A stretch of DNA of 64,000 nucleotides from Microcoleus sp. (GTDB lineage Bacteria; Cyanobacteriota; Cyanobacteriia; Cyanobacteriales; Microcoleaceae). Within the stretch, counting starts at the first letter, position 1. Each line of letters opens with the position of its first letter. Below are positions 1 to 10,255 of this stretch, in pieces. The stretch lies in assembly GCA_042408215.1 (NCBI GenBank), contig JAYFMW010000030.1:637507-701506 (forward strand). The letters run 5' to 3'. Under the pieces are notes generated by a model, which saw nothing but the letters and a program-made list of their open reading frames with translations, had not been told where the DNA came from and ran no database searches. The position numbers were made by a program, and so were the translations under genes.

Positions 1-48
1 GCGACGCACCTTACTCCACTGTAGTGGTGACGCACCTGACTCCACTGT
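1..48. repeat. Tail of upstream REP array (GCGACGCACCTTACTCCACT units), cut by the window edge
   Basis: Same unit as the array at 667-1050. Confidence 0.8.
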
Positions 49-94
49 TGTCAATGATAAAATGACACTATGGCAATGCACCCTACTAACGATT

Positions 95-655
95 ATGTCA
101 AATTATCGTAGAGCATTTGTACCGGGAGGTACTTACTTTTTCGTTTTAAATACATACAAAAGGATTCCTTGGCTTTCAAGCGATATCGGTCGCGCAGGGC
201 TGCGAAAATCTATAATGAGAGTCCAAAAACTCTATCCTTTTAAAATTGATGCGATCGTGCTTTTGCCGGATCACCTTCACATGATGCTGACTTTGCCGGA
301 TGGCGACAGCAAGTACCCCACTCGTTTGAGGTTAATTAAAGATTTTGTAACCCGATATTACGGGCATAAATTGGGAATAGAAGCAGAAATTAGTCAGTCT
401 CGTAAAAAACGTAAGGAAAGTAACCTTTGGCAGCGTAGATATTGGGAACACGTTATTCGCGATGAAAATGATTACGCTCACCATTGCGATTACATTCATT
501 ATAATCCAGTTAAACATAATTTGTGTCGGTCTCCGAAGGATTGGGAATTTTCTAGTTTTCATCGATTTGTTGCTCAGGGGATTTATCCTGAAGATTGGGG
601 CGCGAATGAAGTACCGTTAATTCCTGAAGATATTGGCGGAGAATTATATTTGTAG
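95..655 (+). CDS. REP-associated tyrosine transposase (RAYT, HUH Y1 family)
   Basis: MSNYRRAFVPGGTYFF start, HUH motif (PDHLHMML), WQRRYWEHVIRDENDY and YIHYNPVKH motifs; flanked on both sides by GTAG REPs. ATG at 95 preferred over ORF start 62. Confidence 0.9.
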   Translation: MSNYRRAFVPGGTYFFVLNTYKRIPWLSSDIGRAGLRKSIMRVQKLYPFKIDAIVLLPDHLHMMLTLPDGDSKYPTRLRLIKDFVTRYYGHKLGIEAEISQSRKKRKESNLWQRRYWEHVIRDENDYAHHCDYIHYNPVKHNLCRSPKDWEFSSFHRFVAQGIYPEDWGANEVPLIPEDIGGELYL

Positions 656-666
656 GCTGGCGCCAA

Positions 667-1050
667 GTAGGGTGCGTCGCTGTGAGATTTTATGTCGTAG
701 TTGAATATTGAAGGGTGGCGACGCACCTTACTCCACTGTAGGGTGCGTCGCTGTGAGATTTTATGTCGTAGTTGAATATTGAAGGGTGGCGACGCACCTT
801 ACTCCACTGTAGGGTGCGTCGCTGTGAGATTTTATGTCGTAGTTGAATATTTAAGGGTGGCGACGCACCTTACTCCACTGTAGGGTGCGTCGCTGTGAGA
901 TTTTATATTGGATTTGCAGATTTAAGGGTGGCGACGCACCTTACTCCACTGTAGGGTGCGTCGCTGTGAGATTTTATATTGGATTTGCAGATTTAAGGGT
1001 GGCGACGCACCCTACTCCACGGTAGGGTGCATCGCTGTGAGATTTGATGT
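667..1050. repeat. Tandem array of 71-bp GTAG-REP doublet (REPIN-like) units, 5 full plus 1 partial
   Basis: Units start at 667, 738, 809, 880, 951 and 1022: GTAGGGTGCGTCGC...GCGACGCACCTTAC-TCCACT; two internal loop variants. Confidence 0.9.
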
Positions 1051-1066
1051 CGAATCTGATTTGCAT

Positions 1067-1951
1067 TTAGAAGGGAAACCCTGGAGAACATAACCGCAAA
1101 TAAATATCCCGTTGAGTATCAGAAAAAGCTCTTCTGCCATGCATGATTCTAGTATTGTCAACCATTAGGATATCCCCTGTTTGCCAGGATATCTCTGTAG
1201 TTATTCTGTCAGCCACTTCATTAAGCTCAGAAACAATATCCTCAGTAATTTCTGCATCATCATCAAAGCGAAGTGCGTTTGGAGCTGCCTGTTTTACTGG
1301 CAATAAACTGTTGATAAACGTCGGATATTTTCCACATCTACTTGGATGTATTGCTGGACAAATATATTGAAGATCGATTGATTCATCGGCGTTTATTTGC
1401 CATATTAAATTATTGCTTCTACAGGTCTGTTCTAGGACTCTTAAATCATCAGTTTTGTAGCGTTTCTGCCAAGCCTCCTTATCCAAATGACCCAAATTAT
1501 ACTTTAATTTTTTATTAGTAAATAACTCTTTGAGTGGACTACTGAGTTCATTAAACAATTGCCTGCCATCACATATTATTGTTTCACCGTCTTGTGATGC
1601 TGGATGAGCACAGAAGAACCAAACCATCAACGGAATATTTTGCTGATAGTACATTTCTCCATGCAATTTAATCTCATCCTGAAAATCATTGACGCTTAAA
1701 ATAGTTGCATTCCCATTAATTACTCGGCGATTAAATAGGCCTCCGGTGTAATCCAGAAAATCTTTACTAAGGGAGTTAGTGAATTGGGTAAAAGTGTCAA
1801 CACTATTTTCAAACCCTCTAAAAAGCAAGACACCATAAGATTGAAACAGGTTAATAATTTCTTCCCTGTCCAGGTCGAAAATATTGATATTATCCCTGTT
1901 GATGATTTGTTGACCAACATTTTCTGATAAAAGCTGTGTATTTACCTTCAT
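1067..1951 (-). CDS. TauD/TfdA-family Fe(II)/2-oxoglutarate dioxygenase
   Basis: LHGE (HxE) and DNTRIMHGR motifs, GVLLFRGF. Confidence 0.85.
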   Translation of the reverse strand: MKVNTQLLSENVGQQIINRDNINIFDLDREEIINLFQSYGVLLFRGFENSVDTFTQFTNSLSKDFLDYTGGLFNRRVINGNATILSVNDFQDEIKLHGEMYYQQNIPLMVWFFCAHPASQDGETIICDGRQLFNELSSPLKELFTNKKLKYNLGHLDKEAWQKRYKTDDLRVLEQTCRSNNLIWQINADESIDLQYICPAIHPSRCGKYPTFINSLLPVKQAAPNALRFDDDAEITEDIVSELNEVADRITTEISWQTGDILMVDNTRIMHGRRAFSDTQRDIYLRLCSPGFPF

Positions 1952-2060
1952 ATCTATCTCCTAGCTATTTTCTATTTTGTACAGAGCGTGGTTGACAATA
2001 TCAGTGCCCATGCCTTGATATTTCTAAATATTCCTCAATTCAAAATTCATCAAACCTACC

Positions 2061-2835
2061 TTACTCTAGCAGTTCAGGTTGTTGATGTACCATTAATTCG
2101 TAAAGCGGTTGAAAGCTAAACCAGCCTAGCTGATGTGAGCCTACCAGGCGCTGCGTCAGACGAGCATTGTCGGAGTCGATGAGGATGGGGGTGCCCGCCA
2201 CCTCTGCCATCAACTGCGCCTGACAAGAACGTTCCATTGCGACAAACCACCAAGCCGCTTCATCAACTGAATGACCCACCGTGAGTAGACCGTGGTTGCG
2301 GAGGATAATGGCTTTCTTCTCCCCTAGTGCTTGGGCTATGCGCTTACCTTCCTCAAGTTCAAGAACTACTCCCGTGTAGTCATCAAACAGGCTGTGGTCT
2401 TCGTAGAAGGAACAGGCATCTTGGGTGAGGGGGTCGAGGAGACGACCTAGGCTAGACCAGCTTTTGCCGTAAATTGAATGAGCGTGTGCTGCTGCTACGA
2501 CATCAGGACGGGCTGCATGAATTTGAGAATGGATTGCATAAGCCGCCGTGTTAATAGGCTTGTTCCCCTCTATAACTTCACCCTGATGGTTCACCAGGAG
2601 CAGGTCGCTGACCCGGATGAGACTGAAGTGTCTACCCAAGGGATTGACCCAGAAGCAATCCAGGTGTTCAGGGTCACGGACGGTAATGTGCCCTGCGATG
2701 CCCTCACTAAACCCAAACTGTCCAAACAAACGTAATGCTGCTGCAAGGCGCTGCTTGCGATGACGGCGTTCTTCCTCGACCTTAGCAAAAGTCGGAGGCT
2801 CAAAAGATGACTTGGAGTTCTTTTAATGTAACCAT
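2061..2835 (-). CDS. Class II aldolase/adducin family protein, apparent frameshift near the 5' end
   Basis: GHITVRDP, IHSQIH, AHAHS and LRNHG motifs. The frame continues upstream (FEPPTFAKVEEERRHRKQRLAAALR); the ATG at ~2835 is one base out of frame at an A run. Confidence 0.8.
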
Positions 2836-3109
2836 AGATTTGGTTTCTCTGTCTGCTTAATTGTCCGGTGAGTTTGTTAGCAGGGCTATGCCCAGGACTA
2901 GCAATGGTAATTGTCCTGCTACATAAGATTGACATAAAGTTGACAAGAATAACATCTCGGACACTTAAAACTTACCTCCTGTGTCTGCCTAGGGAATCGG
3001 CTCCTTCTACTCAACAGGCGTTATGTCGGGAAACGTCGATGAAACTGCCGTTTAGTATCATCTCCTATAGGTATTACCGCTCCCTCCGAACCTCTGCAAA
3101 CCTACTTAC

Positions 3110-4465
3110 CAAGACAATGGGTCTAAAGCCCCGTCCTTCTAGGACGGCTTTAATTTCTAGAAAGTGTAAATAATTCTTAAACCTACGCACTTTTTAAACA
3201 CAGTGATTTGTAAAAATGAGAGAATAATGGCATGATTGTACTAGAGTTTAAGTTAAAGGGCAAAGCGCAGCAATACCGGATTATCGACGAAATGATCCGC
3301 ACAGCTCAATTTGTCCGAAACAAAACTCTTAGACACTGGATCGACAATCAAGGAGTTAAGCTAGTCGATCTATACAAACAATGCGCCATCATGGCCTCAG
3401 AGTTTGAATGGGCAGGAAAACTTAACTCGATGGCACGTCAAGCTTCTGCTGAACGCGCCATTTTTGCTATCCAACGTTTTTTTTCAAATTGTAAAACTAA
3501 GAAGCCAGGAAAAAAGGGCTACCCGCAGTTTAAGAAACACACCCGTTCTGTAGAATATAAGACTTCAGGATGGTCGCTTTCTACAGACAAAAGATGTCTA
3601 ACTTTCACGGATGATTTTGCCGCTGGAACATTTAGGCTACTTGGTAGTCGAGATTTGCACTTCTATGCACCTGGTGAAATCAAACGAATCAGAGTAATCC
3701 GTCGTGCCGATGGCTACTACGCTCAGTTTTGTATCAACGTGGAACGGACAGAGGAAACAATTCCTACTGGCAAAGCCGTAGGGTTGGATGTAGGTTTAAA
3801 CCATTTCTACACCGACAGTGCCGGGGCAACGGTTCCAAATCCTCGACATCTCCGTAAAACTGAAAAAGCTTTAAAGCGATTACAGAAACGAGTTTCTCGG
3901 AAAAAGAAAGGTTCGGGCAATCGTAAGAAAGCTATCAATAAGTTAGGTAGAAAACATTTGAAAGTCAGTAGACAGCGCAAAGACTTCGCCATTAAGACGG
4001 CGTTGTGCGTAGTGAAATCTAGCGATTTCGTAGCCTACGAAAATCTTCAAGTGAGAAATATGGTGAAGAACCATAAACTTGCTAAATCAATTAGCGATGC
4101 AGCATGGTCACAGACTCGATCGTTATTTGCAATACTTTGGAAAAGTGTACGGTAAAACAGTAGTTGCTATTGCTCCTCAGTATACTTCCCAAGATTGTTC
4201 AAGTTGTGGGAATCTAGTTCAGAAATCGCTGTCAGTCAGGACTCATGTTTGTAATTGTGGTACTGTGTTAGACCGCGACCATAATGCAGCTTTGAATATT
4301 TTGGCGAAAGGATTGAGGCAAGTAGGAATCAATTTAAATACGGTGGGGCACACCGAAATTAACGCTTGGGGACAGACCGACCTCTACTCGTTGGTGGTAG
4401 CATCAACGAGCAAGCCGACTGACTGAACCAAGAATCAAGAGTGCCTTCAGGCCGAGGAGTGTCAA
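3110..4465 (+). mobile_element. IS200/IS605-family (IS1341-type, tnpB only) element
   Basis: TTAC target immediately 5', left-end hairpin AAAG-CCCCGTCCTTCTAGGACGG, right end GAAT...GAGTGTCAA. Confidence 0.85.
3232..4426 (+). pseudogene. tnpB: TnpB RNA-guided endonuclease, frameshifted near 4110
   Basis: GLDVG, YENL, and zinc finger/DRDHNAA split across ORFs 3232..4155 and 4079..4426. Confidence 0.85.
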
Positions 4466-4799
4466 GAAGTAAATCCTGACTCTTCAATCTCAAATCTCAA
4501 TTCTCAAATCGATTGACAGCGTAGACCAAATTTGAGAAAGTTCTCAAAACTCAAAACTTCAACTAGCACCGCAGGAGTCCCGCGCTCTACCTGAAAGGTG
4601 TCGGGAGGAATGGGCGGCGATTGAGGGGTTCGATGCCCCGAAAATCGCCAAATGCGGTATCTACACACATATAGCTGAAGGCAGAAGGTAAAAGGTAAAA
4701 GGCAAAAGGCAGAAGGCGGAAGGAAAATGCAATACTAGCAATAGTTTCAGCGATTAAGGATATCCTAACCGCCACTCAGGTTCCTATAACTAGATATTT

Positions 4800-5552
4800 A
4801 TGATGTTTTTCAATAAACTTGTTCAACTTCTGCAACGACGAACTCGGGCTAAAAAATTAGGACTCAAGTTTAATCGAGTTGCTAACTTTAATTTGCCCGA
4901 CAATCTCATGGTACTGGGAAAGCGCCAAAATGTAAACTTGCCTTCAGAAAAAGGCATGGACGGAGAATTTATCGAAGTGCTTTTAGATGACTGCTACGGA
5001 GTAGAGCAATTACCTCCGTCCCTGCTAAAAATTATAGATATTGGTGCAAATGTCGGATTGTTTCCCGTCGCAGCCAGAAATAGATTTCCCCAAGCCGTCA
5101 TTCACGCCTATGAACCCAATCCTAACCTGGAAAGCTACCTCAAACATCAATCTGAAATAGCCAAATTTGAATATTTCATGGAAGCGGTAGGAGTCCAAGA
5201 TGGGAAAGTAACGCTTGACATCCGGGAAGTATCTGGCAAAACGCGATCGACTGTCAGCGAAAGCGGCGACATTCCGATGGTATCGTTGAAAAGGGCGATC
5301 GAGCGAATTGGCGGCCGCGTCGATTTAGCTAAAGTAGACTGCGAAGGTGCAGAATGGCTGCTATTTGAAGATACAGATACTTGGCAACTCGTGCAAAACC
5401 TGGCTTTAGAATATCACTTATGGTCTGGACACAGCCACGCCGAAACTCGACAAGTTATTGAAAACTTAGGATTTCAGATCAAAAAGCAAATACCAATAGA
5501 TAAATGGTACGGCTTGATCTTAGCATCCCGAACTCAGCTAACCAGCATTTAA
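4800..5552 (+). CDS. FkbM-family methyltransferase
   Basis: IIDIGANVG, AYEPNP and KVDCEGAE motifs. Confidence 0.85.
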   Translation: MMFFNKLVQLLQRRTRAKKLGLKFNRVANFNLPDNLMVLGKRQNVNLPSEKGMDGEFIEVLLDDCYGVEQLPPSLLKIIDIGANVGLFPVAARNRFPQAVIHAYEPNPNLESYLKHQSEIAKFEYFMEAVGVQDGKVTLDIREVSGKTRSTVSESGDIPMVSLKRAIERIGGRVDLAKVDCEGAEWLLFEDTDTWQLVQNLALEYHLWSGHSHAETRQVIENLGFQIKKQIPIDKWYGLILASRTQLTSI

Positions 5553-5586
5553 ATTGCACCCATAGGTTCAAACATAGGTTGAAATT

Positions 5587-6438
5587 TCATCGATCAGCGC
5601 TATCATGCGTGGGAACCCAAAAACTTTGCTGCCCCTGAATTGAAAGCTGAATTACTTGATTTTTAGCGACGCTAATCATGGCATATTCTGCTAGATAAGC
5701 GCGAATTTCGGAGGGTTCACAAACCACTCCTCCATCGAAAGGCAATAGGGCTGTTGTGACTGCGAGTGCTAAATCTTTAAACATTTTTGCTGTAGTATAG
5801 GGAATTTTAACTTTCAGAAACATGAGGACAAAAAAGAAATTACCAGATGGTAAAAATCCCCCAAATCCCAAGACAGACTTGACTTCGTAGGGGATAATTA
5901 AAAATTTTTTTTCGAGAATAAACGGGCTGTATTCTGCCTCGGATATGTAAAAAACATCAAATATTTTTATATCTAATTTCCGCAAGATTTCTCGATCGAT
6001 TCCAAGGAATGTAGGGATGTCTAAACCCAACGGCCTGAGCCGTTCTGAAATCATTGGCATTTGAGCAACTAAGTCTTCGCTAATTAAGGAAATAGCTGTA
6101 TTTTCTGCTGTGTTCCAAGAATTCCATTCGGGTTTTGTTCCTGCTGCTGCTAGCAGCCTCCAGCATTTCATTTGCTCTTGAGGGGAAGTGCCCTCGATCA
6201 AGCGGAGGAAAGATTCTGGTAATGACTCTTTTAATTCCCCGTAGGGATGAGTTGTGAACACACGCACCAAGGCACAGGATTTTGCTCCCGTTTGCGCATC
6301 GCAAAAATGTTCGTAAATATACTTAGCAATCTTTTCGCTGGCTTCAGTCATACTAGCAGCATCTCTACCGAACTGGCGGAGCACTAAGCTGCATTTCGCC
6401 AGATCTTTCGAGGTAAATTGGTTCAGATCGTACATCAA
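5587..6438 (-). CDS. Hypothetical protein resembling a GAF-like N-terminal sensor domain of signalling proteins
   Basis: 283-aa ORF; CALVRVF and YEVKSVLGFGG motifs recalled from sensor-kinase N-termini; no output domain. Confidence 0.5.
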   Translation of the reverse strand: MMYDLNQFTSKDLAKCSLVLRQFGRDAASMTEASEKIAKYIYEHFCDAQTGAKSCALVRVFTTHPYGELKESLPESFLRLIEGTSPQEQMKCWRLLAAAGTKPEWNSWNTAENTAISLISEDLVAQMPMISERLRPLGLDIPTFLGIDREILRKLDIKIFDVFYISEAEYSPFILEKKFLIIPYEVKSVLGFGGFLPSGNFFFVLMFLKVKIPYTTAKMFKDLALAVTTALLPFDGGVVCEPSEIRAYLAEYAMISVAKNQVIQLSIQGQQSFWVPTHDSADR

Positions 6439-6584
6439 AAAACGCTCTCCCAGAACTCAAACACTCTTTTCTATTTATCATTACGGCTGTTGTCGCATCC
6501 GGAATCGTACTGAGAGTTCCCGAAAGTATTAGTTAATATACGCACGCATCTTGGGCCGCCACATCCCACGGCTGGGTTGAACAA

Positions 6585-6693
6585 TACAGCGGAAACCGCT
6601 GTTATGAGGTACGCCCACTTATCGTTCAATCCTCGTAGGGACACGGCTCTTGGAGTGTCCCTACCGTGTTTCATAACAGCGGGAACTGCTGTA
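6585..6693. mobile_element. MITE-like element with an internal GTAG REP hairpin
   Basis: Imperfect terminal inverted repeats TACAGCGGAAACCGCTGTTATGA / TCATAACAGCGGGAACTGCTGTA; internal GTAGGGACAC...GTGTCCCTAC. Confidence 0.6.
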
Positions 6694-6817
6694 TATTCAT
6701 AGGAATTACGCACAGACTCTACTTGTAGGGTGTACCCATAAGCGCCTTACTACTGATGCTTCACCCCTAAATCTCGCTCAAACGGCTTGAGATTATTTGT
6801 TGGAGATGTCTAATTGT

Positions 6818-8215
6818 CTACTGAGTAGGTTGAGACTTCGCTTGCAGTGCATCCTTAGCCGACAATCCCTCACCTGGAACACCAAAATACCACAAACTAG
6901 CAGCAGCTTCGGCGCGACCAACAGATTTCTTTGGTTGAAACAAAGTTGTAAAACCAAAAACCCGGCGAATATTTGCCAAATCTCCATTGTTAAAATCAGC
7001 TAAAATTGCCCGCGATGCTTGGGAGTCAATCTTAGACGCATCTTGAAAACCCCACTTTTCTTTCACCCCGTCAATGTTAGCTGTCGGCAAAACTTGACGA
7101 GTATCTAAAGGTACTTTCCAGAGAATCATTGTTTCGCGAGTTAAAGGTGCATCCGGGCGAAATTTAACATCTTTACTTTCTCCTGAAAGCGAACTCGCAA
7201 TTAAACCTGCTTCTGCTAAACCTTGAATTGCTGGAAAATCTGGGTCTGTTTTTGGCACATCAGAAAATGCCGGTTCACTAGACTCTACTGCTAATCTAAT
7301 TTGTTTCGCTTGACGGCTAGCATAAATCTGATTGTTCGCAGCTATCAACCAGCGAGCATATTCGCGACGAGTGACAATTTTGTTGGGTTCGGGTAAAGTG
7401 TTGCCAGTTTCTAAATTTGCACCGGATTTCGATCGCACTTTCAGCACTTCCAACTCAGCCAAATCTGCCACATACTGCCGCAACTGTTGAGGAATTTGGC
7501 CCTCTTGTTCGCTGACTTTTTGAGATTTTGGCGCAGGCGATGGCGTTGAATTAGTTTCACCTGCATTAGGTGCATTCGGTAGCGGTGAAGGAGATGTGCT
7601 AGACTTAGAATTACTAGGTTGAGGGGTAGCAGCAATTTCTCCGCTTCCCTTGCCGTACTCAATCCCAAATTCTGTAACACCTCCTACTTTCTGAGTAGGA
7701 GAAAGCGACACTGTTACCCGTAAATTATCTCGCCTTGCTACTAAAGAACCTTGTCCGTCGGTGGTTGGGCGGCTGATTATTTCCCAGTTGCGACGCTGAA
7801 ACTCATTCTGATAAAAGTTCTGAACGGAATTAACCGGATCGGTGCTCTCGTAGCGCAGCTGCACATTTTTTGGCGACGGGGCGGTTGGCTCTGTAACTTC
7901 GAGCAACTGAGCATTAGGATAGAGAGGAATCTCTGTTGGGAAGTCCCCTGGTAGCTTGGCGGTTGTGCTGGTGTCAACTGCTTTCGCTGGTGGCGGATTC
8001 GTGAAAGCCACGGGATTTTCTTTTAATTTGGGATCGGCGGCTAAAGATTCTTCGAGGGCCTTGCTGTTGGGGCTGTTTGCACAAGCTGTCACAGAAACCA
8101 GCAGACAGATAGCCAGCCAAGTATTTACAGTAGCGAGTATATTGGTTTTACTGGTTTTAGCTGGCGATCGCCCCTCTGAGGAGTCTCGCCCTTGAGTAAA
8201 TATAATATTCAGCAT
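6818..8215 (-). CDS. S-layer homology (SLH) domain lipoprotein
   Basis: Lipobox-like VTAC, FSDVP...IQGLAEAGLI and FRPDAPLTRE SLH motifs. Confidence 0.85.
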   Translation of the reverse strand: MLNIIFTQGRDSSEGRSPAKTSKTNILATVNTWLAICLLVSVTACANSPNSKALEESLAADPKLKENPVAFTNPPPAKAVDTSTTAKLPGDFPTEIPLYPNAQLLEVTEPTAPSPKNVQLRYESTDPVNSVQNFYQNEFQRRNWEIISRPTTDGQGSLVARRDNLRVTVSLSPTQKVGGVTEFGIEYGKGSGEIAATPQPSNSKSSTSPSPLPNAPNAGETNSTPSPAPKSQKVSEQEGQIPQQLRQYVADLAELEVLKVRSKSGANLETGNTLPEPNKIVTRREYARWLIAANNQIYASRQAKQIRLAVESSEPAFSDVPKTDPDFPAIQGLAEAGLIASSLSGESKDVKFRPDAPLTRETMILWKVPLDTRQVLPTANIDGVKEKWGFQDASKIDSQASRAILADFNNGDLANIRRVFGFTTLFQPKKSVGRAEAAASLWYFGVPGEGLSAKDALQAKSQPTQ

Positions 8216-8284
8216 AAATCCCTCGTTTGCGGATATATTTCTAGGCTAGCGCAGATCGATCGGGCAAATATAATTTTTCCAAAA

Positions 8285-8830
8285 ATGAACCTCCTGCATT
8301 TACTCCTAGTTACTGCAACATTACTGGTATCGCCTGTCAAGTTTGCCAGTCCCCTAAGAGCTCAACCAGCCCCCCTACCTGTCGCACTTCCTCAACCAGA
8401 TTGGCAGCCATTCTGCTCGGCTGAGGGTTTTTTTGCGATCGGTATGCCAGGAAATATTAAAATTAATTCCGAAACTTTTTCAACTCAAATTACCGCTTAT
8501 ACATACAGATCGAGCTTAACAAAACAAGAAACTTATTTACTTCAATACTTCGACCTAGATTTTCCCCTCAGCAATACTAATATCAAAATCACTTTAAATA
8601 ATGCCGTAGATTTTTTTGTCGTGGGTGCCAATGCTAGATTGCTGCAAGTGCGCGATATTTCCCTGGGTAGCTATCCGGGAAAAGAGTTTGAGTTTCAGTC
8701 GCTTTCCCCCAACGCACCTGTAGGTATCGGTCAGGTATTTTTAGTCGATCGGCGAATTTACGGGCTAGTCGCCATTACCCCAAAACCAGAAAATGCTCAA
8801 AGATTTCTAGAATCTTTTCGTCTTTATTAA
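8285..8830 (+). CDS. Secreted hypothetical protein (PsbP/DcrB-like fold possible)
   Basis: Signal peptide, WQPFCSAEGFFAIGMPG, YPGKEFEF, C-terminal RFLESFRL. Confidence 0.6.
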   Translation: MNLLHLLLVTATLLVSPVKFASPLRAQPAPLPVALPQPDWQPFCSAEGFFAIGMPGNIKINSETFSTQITAYTYRSSLTKQETYLLQYFDLDFPLSNTNIKITLNNAVDFFVVGANARLLQVRDISLGSYPGKEFEFQSLSPNAPVGIGQVFLVDRRIYGLVAITPKPENAQRFLESFRLY

Positions 8831-8837
8831 GGAAGGA

Positions 8838-9078
8838 ATTAGTCATTAGTCATTAGTCATTAGTCATTAGTCATTAGTCATTAGTCATTAGTCATTAGTC
8901 ATTAGTCATTAGTCATTAGTTATTAGTTATTGGTGATTAGTCATTAGTCATTAGTCATTGGTCATTAGTCATTGGTCATTAGTCATTAGTCATTAGTTAT
9001 TGGTCATTAGTCATTAGTCATTAGTCATTAGTTATTGGTTATTCGTTATTCGTTATTGGTGATTCGTTATTCGTTATT
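8838..9078. repeat. Heptamer tandem repeat (TTAGTCA)n, STRR-type
   Basis: Direct inspection. Confidence 0.95.
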
Positions 9079-9098
9079 AGGAAAAGGAAAGGATTAGT

Positions 9099-9256
9099 AA
9101 TTCCCCATTCCCCATTCCCGATTCCCCATTCCCGATTCCCCATTCCCGATTCCCCATTCCCGATTCCCGATTCCCGATTCCCGATTCCCCATTCCCGATT
9201 CCCAATTCCCAATTCCCCATTCCCGATTCCCCATTCCCCATTCCCCATTCCCAATT
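9099..9256. repeat. Heptamer/hexamer tandem repeat (ATTCCCC/ATTCCCG)n
   Basis: Direct inspection; produces spurious GNGEWGI ORFs. Confidence 0.95.
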
Positions 9257-9425
9257 TGGGATTTTTGTACTCTATCTAACGACATAGATCCCAGTTACAC
9301 CTGTGGAGCGATGTAGCTATTTACCCAATTATTTATATTGAATATCAGGTTTTTTAAATCCCACCAAGCACAAACGAAGAATCAGTCCTATCACCTAAAA
9401 CTTACCTGTAGGGTATTCAAATATT

Positions 9426-9890
9426 ATGAACCAACTAACACCAATTTTTCTCGGAGGTATTTTATTATTTGGAGCCGCTGCTTGCAGCGACGGTGCGAAA
9501 ACCAGCGCTGATGCTCCTAATTCTGCCACACAAACTACCGCTAGTCCTCCCTCAGCCAAGACAGTTAACAAAACTCAGGGCGATGCAACTAGCGATGTTC
9601 GCAGATCACAAGCAAATGCTGATATCAGGGCGCGAGAACAGCGGAACAATTTGACTGGTGGTGATGCCATCAGAGCTGATGGCGACCTCAAAAGTGAAGT
9701 CCGCTCTAAGTTGGAAGTAAATATTACCAAAGGTCAGCTAACAATTGAAGCAAAAGACGGGCTTGTCACCGTAGGAGGCACTGTTCCTTCTCAACAAGAC
9801 CTAGCTAAAATTGAGCCCCTAGCTAAAGAGATTAAAGGTGTCAAAAAGGTGAATGTTACGGCTGTTGTAGCCCCATCTACACCGAAATGA
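9426..9890 (+). CDS. BON-domain lipoprotein
   Basis: Lipobox [15 protein letters not shown] and IKGVKKV BON motifs. Confidence 0.85.
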   Translation: MNQLTPIFLGGILLFGAAACSDGAKTSADAPNSATQTTASPPSAKTVNKTQGDATSDVRRSQANADIRAREQRNNLTGGDAIRADGDLKSEVRSKLEVNITKGQLTIEAKDGLVTVGGTVPSQQDLAKIEPLAKEIKGVKKVNVTAVVAPSTPK

Positions 9891-9895
9891 GCTTG

Positions 9896-10097
9896 AATTG
9901 GGAATGGGGAATGGGGAATGGGGAATTGGGAATGGGGAATTGGGAATTGGGAATGGGGAATGGGGAATGGGGAATTGGGAATTGGGAATGGGGAATGGGG
10001 AATTGGGAATGGGGAATTCGTAATTGGTAGTAACTCACCATAACCAAGAACAATTAACCAAGAACAATTAACCAAGAACAATTAACAATTAACCAAT
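9896..10097. repeat. (TGGGGAA/TTGGGAA)n followed by (AACAATTAACCAAG)n tandem repeats
   Basis: Direct inspection. Confidence 0.9.
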
Positions 10098-10255
10098 TCA
10101 TGAAAAGTAGTTGAAGTTCAGCCGGAAGATAGAGACAGCAGTTACCCCCAGCGACTGATGAAAATTCCTTGCAAAAATGACTAACTGTAGCAAGGTCAGT
10201 AAGCAGAAAAAAAGTTCTGTAGTTGTGTAAAAAAACTTGATTAAGGAGAAAACAA

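Noticed and set aside
667..1050. CRISPR array
   Set aside because: The intervening sequences are near-identical rather than unique spacers, the units are GTAG-REP palindromes next to a RAYT, and no cas genes are present.
4608..4652. tRNA suggested by the GGTTCGATGCC T-loop-like motif
   Set aside because: No D arm, anticodon arm or acceptor stem geometry.
9039..9285. ORFs with GNGEWGI/FPIPNS repeats (also 9791-10081 and 37214-37636)
   Set aside because: Translations of heptamer tandem repeats.
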